Shown in pieces: positions 1-6,915 of a stretch of DNA of 26,679 nucleotides. The stretch spans positions 1 through 26,679 of the IMG/VR virus record IMGVR_UViG_3300046103_000237; one strand, written 5' to 3'. The number at the start of each line of letters is the position of its first letter. The stretch's first letter is position 1. Origin of the DNA: a virus. Lineage: Duplodnaviria > Caudoviricetes. The notes below the pieces were generated by a model. The model saw nothing but the letters and a program-made list of their open reading frames with translations, was not told where the DNA came from and made no database searches. Made by a program: the position numbers and the translations under genes.

Positions 1-1876
1 TTGCTTTAACTTGAGCTTCCATTCTAGAAGTTTCAGCTTCCATTGTAAGTGCTTGCGCCTGTGCTTGTGCTAGTATGTCTTGTGGTGACGGTGGTGGAGG
101 TTCTACTGGTTCAGGTTGTGAGATAAATTGATCTGCATTTTTGATACCCATCTCTGCACCAAGTTCTTTCACCAAGTTATATATGTTTTGTGGTGAAACC
201 ATGTTATCAGTTTGGGTAGCTACTTTTTCAATTAAAGCAGAGAAACTAGAAAGATTATTAAGGCGAACATCTTGATCTCCATATCCTAGGCCAACTTCAA
301 CACTCACATCCAAGTCTTCTTTCCAACTGGAAGGATCAACTTCGTAGTAAGCATTGTTTAGGCGCATTACTTTTTTACTATCTTCGTATCGCTGAACTAG
401 GTTGTATATGTTTTTAAACATACTCTTTACACCTGTGTCAGCAAATACTCTAGCTATTAACTCTACTCTTCCTTGTGCGTTACTCAGAGCACCTTGCACT
501 GCTCCTTGTGTTACATGGGACTTTAGAACATCTGCTGGTAAACCCTGAGTAGCTCCGTTTACTCCGGTTCTACCTGCTTTAAGTTTATCCCAATAGTCCA
601 GCATTTCAAAACTATACTGCTGTAGGGCAGGTGTTTGAATAGGCTGTAAGGCATTAGGTGATCTTGTGCGTACAATTCCACCGGGGCGGTTGGTTAACAG
701 ATCGTCTATGTTAACTTGACCTTCTACAACTTGGAACCTACCGTTGTTTGCCAAGTACATATTGTCTAATAGATTTCTTGTTAGGGTACTGCGAACAAGT
801 TGTATATCTTCTACCGTCTCTGCTACAGATAGCCCATAGAACTTATGAGGGATCGGTATTGGGCATATAGAGCTAAAGGGTATAGTATCTACAGGCTCCA
901 TCTCTAGCATTTCGTTGCCAGAGTGTATTACTTTGTAGAGTACCCCTACACCTGTGTCCTCTAAGTCTAGTTTAGTGTAGGATTCAAATACTTCTACAGT
1001 GTCCTCTGAGCGTACCACAGATCGTGTATCTATTTGATTTGTGCTATCGTATGCGTGTCTGGCCATATATTCTTGGCTAGTTGTAAGTCCGTCTACACTT
1101 GATCCAGAGCTTGCTAAACCTTCTACTAACTCTTCGTCAAAGCCCATTTCAATAAGCTCAGTTCTAGTTTTATGAGATCGGTGACAAACAAATCTAAAAT
1201 CTTCTAAGCTCTTAGCACCACGGTTTATGAGAAACTCTTCCGGTGGTATATTATCTATTGTGACCTTACCGGACATTTTAGTTCTGCTAAATGTCACATC
1301 GTGTTTAATGTCTTCTACTTGGACTAGCTCACCTGTCTGTGGGTCAGGTACTTCTATGACGGTAACATCTTCTGTGTGCTCTAGGATCTCTAACTCTTTG
1401 TCCTCTGAGATAAGGCTAAATTCTTGTTCTGTTAACTTCTCATAGGACTCCGTGGTGGTCTTTGTTATGTCTTCCCAGTAGTGTTTTACTATGCCAACCT
1501 TCTGTAGGAGAGCGTCAAAGAAGAAGTTGTACAGTATGTCAAATCCATTGTTCTGCTTGTAGAACACATGGTTCACGTAGTTCGTAGCCTGTTCTGCTAT
1601 CTGGACATCTTCTGGTCCTTCTGGAGTGAAGCGTACTACGTCTTTACCACTTGTAAAGATACGCATTAAGCTAGGCATCATCCACATGATAGTGTCTTGT
1701 ACATCTGTGACAACTACTTGAGAGCGTCCATCCTCTTCGTTACCAAATGGTTCCCCATAGAAATACTCCATAGAGCGTTCTCGTTGTGTACTAATCTCAG
1801 AATCAATAAAAGAAGAACTGTCTTCTACTTCACCACTAAGAATAGATACTATTTCATCGTCGGATAATTTATCCAT
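1..1876 (-). CDS. Portal protein (podovirus type), truncated at the window edge
   Basis: Not in the ORF track. Reads MDKLSDDEIVSILSGEVEDSSSFIDSEISTQRERSMEYFYGEPFGNEEDGRSQVVVTDVQDTIMWMMPSLMRIFTSG... from ATG 1876, and the same frame reads ...PPPPSPQDILAQAQAQALTMEAE at the edge. Lies directly downstream of terL; N-terminus resembles marine podovirus portals. Confidence 0.9.
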   Translation of the reverse strand, partial: MDKLSDDEIVSILSGEVEDSSSFIDSEISTQRERSMEYFYGEPFGNEEDGRSQVVVTDVQDTIMWMMPSLMRIFTSGKDVVRFTPEGPEDVQIAEQATNYVNHVFYKQNNGFDILYNFFFDALLQKVGIVKHYWEDITKTTTESYEKLTEQEFSLISEDKELEILEHTEDVTVIEVPDPQTGELVQVEDIKHDVTFSRTKMSGKVTIDNIPPEEFLINRGAKSLEDFRFVCHRSHKTRTELIEMGFDEELVEGLASSGSSVDGLTTSQEYMARHAYDSTNQIDTRSVVRSEDTVEVFESYTKLDLEDTGVGVLYKVIHSGNEMLEMEPVDTIPFSSICPIPIPHKFYGLSVAETVEDIQLVRSTLTRNLLDNMYLANNGRFQVVEGQVNIDDLLTNRPGGIVRTRSPNALQPIQTPALQQYSFEMLDYWDKLKAGRTGVNGATQGLPADVLKSHVTQGAVQGALSNAQGRVELIARVFADTGVKSMFKNIYNLVQRYEDSKKVMRLNNAYYEVDPSSWKEDLDVSVEVGLGYGDQDVRLNNLSSFSALIEKVATQTDNMVSPQNIYNLVKELGAEMGIKNADQFISQPEPVEPPPPSPQDILAQAQAQALTMEAETSRMEAQVKA

Positions 1877-1879
1877 AGA

Positions 1880-1915
1880 TTAATACTTTGGCTTCGGTGG
1901 TTTTCTTTTCTTCAT
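1880..1915 (-). CDS. 11-aa basic mini-ORF MKKRKPPKPKY
   Basis: ATG overlaps the terL stop (TAATG); stops 3 nt before the portal ATG, in the portal frame. Confidence 0.45.
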   Translation of the reverse strand: MKKRKPPKPKY

Positions 1916-3348
1916 TATACAATACCTCTATGATTATACTCTATTTTAGCATCAAAGTTGTACTTCTTGTACGTTGTACTTCCTGTGGCTTTCTCACCAA
2001 ATCGTTCTACAGAGAGTGCGGCGTACCTCATAGCACTTAGGAGGTCATCTTTAATTGCAACCACTTTCCCATTTTTTCTATGATACAACCGAAGCTCTTC
2101 AAGAGTTTCTTGACAAGACTTAAAGATTTGGAGCCTACCTGTTTCAAAACGCTGTAGCATCTCGCTAAGACCTGCTTCAACTGAGTTGTTACCATTTAGT
2201 TTACCTTCTGCTGGTGGATTAGAGAAATGATCTGCAAGCATGTATATACCTAAATCTCTGTATTGTTGTGCAAGTTGTATCCCTGATCCTTTGTCGTGCT
2301 GTAGACCATCGTGGGGAAAACATACTGGTATCCCCCTTGTTCTTGCGTTTATAACAGCGGCGTGAGTAATAGGCGTTTCCTTGCTTCGTCTGTACTCATC
2401 GTATACGTACATTATATCGTTGTCTGGATCTAAAGCCACCCAGCTAACAGCGGTAGGGTGATCATACCCAAAGTCAATTGCCGCTAAGATCAAGTAATGC
2501 TTCGGTATGTCGAAGTCATCACAAGTAATATCTTCTTCTGATACAGGAAAGATCAAGCCAGAACCAAATACTGGTATCCCTCTTGATCTCATATCCCTTT
2601 CAGCAGGGCTGTAGACAGCTAGTAACTGTTCCTTGGTGTCAGCGTCGAGATGATCAACATCGTCCCACGTGGCTGTTATCAAGGCTTGTCCCGGTTTCAG
2701 TTCGTTTAAGAAACCACTTACAACCTGTGTCATACCCTTCTCTGGGGTAAACGTCATATAGACAATACCCCTTGTGTCAGCCGTTCTGGTTATACACTGA
2801 CTAAAGATTTCCTGTTTAGGTTCCTCGTCAAGCCAGACAACATCTACAGCTTCTCCCATGAACTTCTCAAATCCCTGCTCATAGGCTTTAAAACTTATAC
2901 TAGAGTTACCCCCTGTTACGTGCTTAACCAAGGCAGAGCTAAAAGCATTAGGTACTCCCGGTTTACGAACAGTTGATACAATTAGATCCTTTGGTATAGC
3001 CCCTTGTCCCAGCTTGGAAGGATCTTGTGGGTTACCAAATAGTTCTCTTTGTATAATATCCCTAGTCGTATCGTTACTCTCACCTGCCGCCCAAACTCTG
3101 ACAGGGTGATCAAATTTGTGTCCCGTCCACCATTCAGGATAGATGCCTGACATATGGTAGCTAGTCTCAGCGGCTCCACAGAATGTCTTACCTACTCTGT
3201 TGGCCGCCATGAGTATTCTCTGTGGACATTCAGCACCGCCAGTGTGAAACTTCTTCTGGTAGTCGTATGGCTTGTACTGATTAATCCTGTTCTCTTCTAT
3301 GCGCCTCTGTTTCTCTTTGAGAAGCTTTAGGACATCCACTTTGTCCAT
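1915..3348 (-). CDS. terL: Terminase large subunit
   Basis: Walker A MAANRVGKT, Walker B VVWLDEEP, motif TFTP, nuclease motifs AIDFG and DDLLSAMRYA; located between terS and portal. Confidence 0.95.
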   Translation of the reverse strand: MDKVDVLKLLKEKQRRIEENRINQYKPYDYQKKFHTGGAECPQRILMAANRVGKTFCGAAETSYHMSGIYPEWWTGHKFDHPVRVWAAGESNDTTRDIIQRELFGNPQDPSKLGQGAIPKDLIVSTVRKPGVPNAFSSALVKHVTGGNSSISFKAYEQGFEKFMGEAVDVVWLDEEPKQEIFSQCITRTADTRGIVYMTFTPEKGMTQVVSGFLNELKPGQALITATWDDVDHLDADTKEQLLAVYSPAERDMRSRGIPVFGSGLIFPVSEEDITCDDFDIPKHYLILAAIDFGYDHPTAVSWVALDPDNDIMYVYDEYRRSKETPITHAAVINARTRGIPVCFPHDGLQHDKGSGIQLAQQYRDLGIYMLADHFSNPPAEGKLNGNNSVEAGLSEMLQRFETGRLQIFKSCQETLEELRLYHRKNGKVVAIKDDLLSAMRYAALSVERFGEKATGSTTYKKYNFDAKIEYNHRGIV

Positions 3349-3800
3349 TATTTACCTTTGTGCAATTGTACAACATTGTCTTTAAGTATCTTGTTGATCT
3401 GCTTGTCTATCTCTTCATCAGAGAGTTCTGCTACTTCCGTGATAGTAGTTTCCTGCTTTTGAACAGCATCGTACCCTGCACGGCTAAGTATATCCCTAGC
3501 CGCATTAAGGCGTACTGTATCTGAATCTGATTGGAGAAGGCTCTCTAGAACCCCTAGAGCAGAGGTGGCTGTTTCGCTGACACGCTCTTTGATTCTGTTT
3601 TCGATGTGTTTCCAGAGGTATCGTTGTGTGCGATTAGCTCTATGTTTGAAAACACCTTTGTTCTTACCACTGTACCCTGCTTCTTCATAGGCGGTTACAG
3701 AGTCTATTTTATCATCAACTAGAAGTTGTATGAACTTCTGTTCACGCTTTGTAAGCTTCTTATCTAGTTCTTTAGGTTTCATATAGTCTTCAAAGCGCAT
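3348..3800 (-). CDS. terS: Terminase small subunit
   Basis: 150 aa directly upstream of terL (TAATG overlap); HTH-like LTKREQKF...AYEEAGYS and SDTVRLNAARDILSRAG segment typical of TerS. Confidence 0.8.
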   Translation of the reverse strand: MRFEDYMKPKELDKKLTKREQKFIQLLVDDKIDSVTAYEEAGYSGKNKGVFKHRANRTQRYLWKHIENRIKERVSETATSALGVLESLLQSDSDTVRLNAARDILSRAGYDAVQKQETTITEVAELSDEEIDKQINKILKDNVVQLHKGK

Positions 3801-3820
3801 GGAGTCCCCCTGATACTATC

Positions 3821-3849
3821 AGTATAGCACAATGTGTTAACAAAGTCAA
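3821..3849 (-). promoter_or_regulatory. Sigma70-type promoter for terS-terL-portal
   Basis: Minus strand TTGACT-17 nt-TATACT, then palindrome CTGATAGTATCAG (3810-3822) and AGGGGG SD before the terS ATG. Confidence 0.75.
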
Positions 3850-3950
3850 CTCCCAATTTTACCCCCAAAAAATGAAGGCAGAGAACTATTATAATAATAC
3901 ACACTCAGGGGGGGTTTCTGTTCTCTCTTTGTTCCTCAATTGCTGCCAGG

Positions 3951-4112
3951 TGTGACAATATTGTAACAGTGTTGCACAAATGCGTGATATATGTGCAATA
4001 GTGTTACAATATTGGTACAATGTTGTGTGACAATTGTGCAACACATTGTTGCTATGTGATTGATTTGCAACAGTGTTATTATATTGGTACAGTGTGTTAC
4101 AATATTGGTACA
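3951..4112. repeat. Array of 18-bp near-palindromic TGT-N12-ACA boxes
   Basis: TGTGACAATATTGTAACA (3951), CGTGATATATGTGCAATA (3983), TGTTACAATATTGGTACA (4002 and 4095), TGTGACAATTGTGCAACA (4026), TGTGATTGATTTGCAACA (4055), TGTTATTATATTGGTACA (4074). Confidence 0.85.
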
Positions 4113-4183
4113 GTGTGCGAGTGTGCTTGGTGTACATCTATTGACTGTTAAACTATTGGATTGCTTAAATAATAGGCAATAAA

Positions 4184-4381
4184 CTATAGGCTATTTTAAG
4201 ACGTTTTAAAGCTATGTAATTTAAATAGTGTACTGGTACACCTGATAAGCTTAAACACGCTGTAACACGCTTACAATGGCTTGTAGGGCTATTTCTCGCT
4301 AGGTTGTAAGTAATGCTTTTTATATAGCAGTATGAGTGAAAGACATAAACACGCTGTAACGTGCTTAAAATGGCATATAGG
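4184..4381. repeat. Imperfect 36-bp direct repeat with an inverted partner
   Basis: TAAACACGCTGTAACACGCTTACAATGGCTTGTAGG (4252-4287) vs TAAACACGCTGTAACGTGCTTAAAATGGCATATAGG (4346-4381), 31/36 identical; CTATAGGCTATTTTAAG (4184-4200) is complementary to the 3' half of both. Confidence 0.75.
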
Positions 4382-4384
4382 CAT

Positions 4385-4410
4385 AAAAAAACCCGGTGAT
4401 TAAACCGGGC
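4385..4410 (-). terminator. Rho-independent terminator after ORF 4435-4653
   Basis: Minus strand CCCGGT-TTAATC-ACCGGG followed by T7. Confidence 0.8.
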
Positions 4411-4434
4411 TTAGTTTTGAGAATGTTGAGGATT

Positions 4435-4653
4435 TTATTCAGAAAACAAGCTATCGTGATACTTAACCAGGTAACCTCCCATTCCCATCATGGCAGAAAA
4501 CAACGGCTTATCATCGATTGTCCAAGGTTTACTATTTGGACCTTCGGACGTGATCTTATAAGTACCATCAAACTTTTGGATGAAATACCCAGCTTTTCTT
4601 AAAGCTTTAATGGTTTGTTGAGTTTCCTTTTTAGTCCACATTTTAGTAGTCAT
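4435..4653 (-). CDS. Hypothetical early protein (72 aa)
   Basis: GGAG SD, own promoter upstream and terminator downstream. Confidence 0.8.
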   Translation of the reverse strand: MTTKMWTKKETQQTIKALRKAGYFIQKFDGTYKITSEGPNSKPWTIDDKPLFSAMMGMGGYLVKYHDSLFSE

Positions 4654-4693
4654 AATTTTAATTCTCCAAATTAAGCCAGTATTGGCTAGTATA

Positions 4694-4722
4694 TTAGTAG
4701 CCTATTTTTTAAAGTAAATCAA
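4694..4722 (-). promoter_or_regulatory. Putative sigma70 promoter for ORF 4435-4653
   Basis: TTGATT-17 nt-TACTAA directly after the T-tract of the upstream terminator; small hairpin AGCCA-ATAC-TGGCT (4674-4687) downstream. Confidence 0.5.
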
Positions 4723-4723
4723 C

Positions 4724-4758
4724 AAAAAAATACCCAGTGTAAAATTAATCACACTGGG
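4724..4758 (-). terminator. Rho-independent terminator after the GP88-like gene
   Basis: Minus strand CCCAGTGT-GATTAATTTT-ACACTGGG-TA-T7. Confidence 0.8.
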
Positions 4759-4778
4759 CCAAGTTTGGAGAATAAAAT

Positions 4779-5444
4779 CTAATGCTTTTTATAGGATACG
4801 TTTTTAATGCCTTTATTCCAGCAAGCCCGACAATCACCGCAATTGTTTTTACGGGTATAAGCTTTGCACTCTTGGCCAATTGGCTCGTGGTCTTTTGTAT
4901 GGACTGTACTTGTGCACAAATTTGGCAACAATGCACCATATGATCTAGTCGTAGCCTTACCGTTTATTTTGGAACCTGATATACGAACGCATAAGTTTTC
5001 AGGTATTGCGTAGGCATTTACATAGTTACGTTCTTGGGTAGGTAACCAATGTGCAATATTTGGTGTTCTTTCACAAACCAGACAAATTGCCTTGAACATT
5101 TGTTCACTTTGTAAATCTCCAGCGTCGAACCATCGATGATACCTAACCTTAGTCTTTTCAGCTTGTCGCTCAATTTGAAACACCATTGCAGATACCCAAG
5201 TGAATAATTTGTCTTCTACTACTGCCTTATTATATTTTGCAAGGTTTAACTTGTACCCCATATCTACACTTGGACGAAGCTTTTGTAACTTCCTAGCGTA
5301 GCAACTATTACAGCTTGTACCTTTTATTTTAGCAAGCTTGGAACCCGTTTGACACGCGAATGCATCAATTGAGAATGTCGTACCTGGCATTTTTGTGTTA
5401 CCGTTTGAGATTTTACCTAACTCTTGTGCTTCTTTTACTAACAT
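4779..5444 (-). CDS. GP88-family (gene product 88) Cys-rich, radical-SAM-like protein
   Basis: KMPG, CQTGSKLAKIKGTSCNSCYA (Cx14Cx2C), RWFDAGD, HWLPTQE, C-terminal CKAY...CGDCRACW; AGGGGA SD. Confidence 0.8.
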   Translation of the reverse strand: MLVKEAQELGKISNGNTKMPGTTFSIDAFACQTGSKLAKIKGTSCNSCYARKLQKLRPSVDMGYKLNLAKYNKAVVEDKLFTWVSAMVFQIERQAEKTKVRYHRWFDAGDLQSEQMFKAICLVCERTPNIAHWLPTQERNYVNAYAIPENLCVRISGSKINGKATTRSYGALLPNLCTSTVHTKDHEPIGQECKAYTRKNNCGDCRACWNKGIKNVSYKKH

Positions 5445-5474
5445 TTTTATTCCCCTATTGATTTAAGATAAAAC

Positions 5475-5503
5475 AATATTGCACAAATAAAAAACCGTGT
5501 CAA
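5475..5503 (-). promoter_or_regulatory. Putative sigma70 promoter for the GP88-like gene
   Basis: TTGACA-17 nt-AATATT directly after the T-tract of the upstream terminator. Confidence 0.6.
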
Positions 5504-5505
5504 CT

Positions 5506-5536
5506 AAAAAGACGGGGTAAAATTAATCACCCCGCC
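5506..5536 (-). terminator. Rho-independent terminator after ORF 5544-5750
   Basis: Minus strand GGCGGGGT-GATTAATTTT-ACCCCGTC-T5. Confidence 0.8.
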
Positions 5537-5543
5537 TAACCAG

Positions 5544-5750
5544 TTAACCTGCGAAATTGTACAAATTGCGACCATTTGCTTTTTCTATATATAGCGAACG
5601 TTTACCAAAATGTAAACCTGTCATGGTTGAGCCACTGGTAATATCATATCTAGTTTTACCCCCACGCCTACGATATAAACCTTTGACCACACCGAAAAGA
5701 CAAAAACGCTTTCCGCTCGTGCCATCATTAAGACTTTTTGTTTTTAACAT
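5544..5750 (-). CDS. Small basic hypothetical protein (68 aa)
   Basis: Start moved from 5792 to ATG 5750 (AAAGGAG SD); MLKTKSLNDGTSGKRF...GLHFGKRSLYIEK. Confidence 0.75.
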   Translation of the reverse strand: MLKTKSLNDGTSGKRFCLFGVVKGLYRRRGGKTRYDITSGSTMTGLHFGKRSLYIEKANGRNLYNFAG

Positions 5751-5778
5751 ACTATAACTCCTTTGATTTAAGATTTGT

Positions 5779-5853
5779 ACACTTAACCACACTTAGTTTC
5801 AATAGTCAAGTGTAAAATAAAACTTGACTACACTTAGCACACTTGCTACACTT
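5779..5853. promoter_or_regulatory. Divergent promoter pair with six ACACTT boxes
   Basis: Plus strand TTGACT (5824)-17 nt-TACACT (5847); minus strand TTGACT (5804-5809) with a weak -10. ACACTT at 5779, 5789, 5830, 5839, 5848 and inverted at 5808. Confidence 0.7.
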
Positions 5854-5880
5854 CGTAGACATTAACAGAAAAGGGATATT

Positions 5881-5976
5881 ATGAGAAAAAAAGACATAAA
5901 AGATTTAATTTATTTAGGTATATTTTTTGCCATGGTAATTATAGGGGCTACTTTGATGGGTGCTATCAATGGATAA
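5881..5976 (+). CDS. 31-aa single-TM peptide
   Basis: MRKKDIKDLIYLGIFFAMVIIGATLMGAING; AAGGGA SD; first ORF after the rightward promoter. Confidence 0.55.
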   Translation: MRKKDIKDLIYLGIFFAMVIIGATLMGAING

Positions 5977-6106
5977 ATTTGACGAAGAGGCTTTCATACA
6001 ATGGAAAAACTACCAAGAAAGTCGCACTAATTTTTTACCCGATTGGTACAAAAATGCAAGTGACCAACAGCGTAGACAATATTTTTTAAAAGACTACAAA
6101 GGGTAA
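5969..6106 (+). CDS. Hypothetical protein (45 aa)
   Basis: MDKFDEEAFIQWKNYQESRTNFLPDWYKNASDQQRRQYFLKDYKG; overlaps the upstream stop and ends 4 nt before the next ATG. Confidence 0.6.
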   Translation: MDKFDEEAFIQWKNYQESRTNFLPDWYKNASDQQRRQYFLKDYKG

Positions 6107-6110
6107 CACA

Positions 6111-6302
6111 ATGGAACAATTAGAACCAAACACATTAATCTTACTAGAGATTTTGTCAGACAATGAAGAGCTGAGTGATTGCTTAGAAGGTTTGGTGGAT
6201 CTTGCACTTGTAAACGATAGACACCAATTGCACTTTATAAAAGAGGCGATTGTGGACTATTCCTTAAAGTTTTACCCTAATTTACCAGAATATATAAATT
6301 AG
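6111..6302 (+). CDS. Acidic hypothetical protein (63 aa)
   Basis: ORF track; AAGGG SD; tiles with its neighbours. Confidence 0.65.
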   Translation: MEQLEPNTLILLEILSDNEELSDCLEGLVDLALVNDRHQLHFIKEAIVDYSLKFYPNLPEYIN

Positions 6303-6305
6303 TAC

Positions 6306-6333
6306 TTGACAGTCCTACAAAATAGTGTACCCT
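6306..6333 (+). promoter_or_regulatory. Putative sigma70 promoter
   Basis: TTGACA-16 nt-TACCCT immediately before the palindrome cluster. Confidence 0.45.
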
Positions 6334-6334
6334 A

Positions 6335-6410
6335 TACACTTAGTACTATATGTACTAAGTGTACACTTCAATAGAGTATTCTACACTTAGTACTAAGTGT
6401 ACTAAGTGTA
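6335..6410. repeat. Nested palindrome cluster, candidate replication origin
   Basis: TACACTTAGTAC-TATAT-GTACTAAGTGTA (6335-6363), AAGTGTACACTT (6357-6368), TACACTTAGTACTAAGTGTA (6382-6401), extra CTAAGTGTA (6402-6410). The origin role is inference. Confidence 0.75.
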
Positions 6411-6434
6411 TCAATGTTGTACAATGGAGGTAAT

Positions 6435-6620
6435 ATGTTTGTCATTTTCTTTTTAGCCGTTCTCGTAGGATCAACACAATCCGACTACTTAAACACCATC
6501 AAGCAAGAGCAAGACCAAGGTGCCACCTGGCACTACACTGGAGGTCAACCAGCGGACCCCAGTGCTCAACAGTTGTTTAATGCTGAGACTATATACTGGA
6601 AGTTACAATATGAAAAGTAA
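6435..6620 (+). CDS. Small protein with hydrophobic N-terminus (61 aa)
   Basis: Start moved to ATG 6435 (GGAGG SD); MFVIFFLAVLVG...GATWHYTGGQ. Confidence 0.7.
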   Translation: MFVIFFLAVLVGSTQSDYLNTIKQEQDQGATWHYTGGQPADPSAQQLFNAETIYWKLQYEK

Positions 6621-6645
6621 AGTACCACCGTTGGACAAACGGATC

Positions 6646-6674
6646 TTGACATACGAGCGTAAACCACCTATACC
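6646..6674 (+). promoter_or_regulatory. Putative sigma70 promoter
   Basis: TTGACA-17 nt-TATACC, 27 nt upstream of ATG 6702. Confidence 0.6.
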
Positions 6675-6701
6675 TCCAACAATAGACATTAGGGTATAAT
6701 C

Positions 6702-6860
6702 ATGAGATGTATTATTTGTGATCATAGGCTAGAGCTATCAAGAAAGATAGACTTGTGCCCGGAGTGTAGCGATTCCATAGCCAAGGTGTACGATGACGAA
6801 CCACCAAAAGACTTTGACGATTACTCTTACATTATTAAGGAGAACAACAAGAATGATTAG
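6702..6860 (+). CDS. Small zinc-finger protein (52 aa)
   Basis: MRCIICDHRLELSRKIDLCPECSDSI...; two CxxC motifs and an acidic tail. Confidence 0.7.
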   Translation: MRCIICDHRLELSRKIDLCPECSDSIAKVYDDEPPKDFDDYSYIIKENNKND

Positions 6861-6915
6861 TATTATTGGGTTTTTATTAGTGCTATTGTCTAACCTAGAG
6901 AAGAAATTACCATGA
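6853..6915 (+). CDS. 20-aa hydrophobic peptide
   Basis: MISIIGFLLVLLSNLEKKLP; AAGGAG SD; ATGA overlap with the next gene. Confidence 0.45.
   Translation: MISIIGFLLVLLSNLEKKLP

Noticed and set aside
3951-4112. Firm assignment as PpsR/CrtJ or CRP operators
   Set aside because: The consensus is only 5-6 fixed bases, CRP spacing does not match and no photosynthesis genes are present; kept only as a hypothesis.
3889-4137. 82-aa ORF with repeated TLYQYCN
   Set aside because: A by-product of the DNA repeat array; no SD and the periodicity follows the DNA palindromes.
3951-4381. CRISPR or mini-CRISPR array (a Cas4-like gene is in the window)
   Set aside because: The 18-bp boxes are degenerate and nearly abut with no unique spacers; the 36-bp repeat has two imperfect copies 58 bp apart; solo Cas4-like nucleases are common in phage replication modules and no other cas gene is present.
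1227-5757. Track ORFs 1227-1445, 2982-3179, 4396-4602, 4745-4939 and 5557-5757
   Set aside because: Antisense or off-frame shadows of portal, terL and the cassette genes, without SDs or motifs.
6610-6699. 29-aa ORF MKSKVPPLDKRILTYERKPPIPPTIDIRV
   Set aside because: No clear SD, and the interval is explained by the TTGACA-17-TATACC promoter; not excluded but unsupported.
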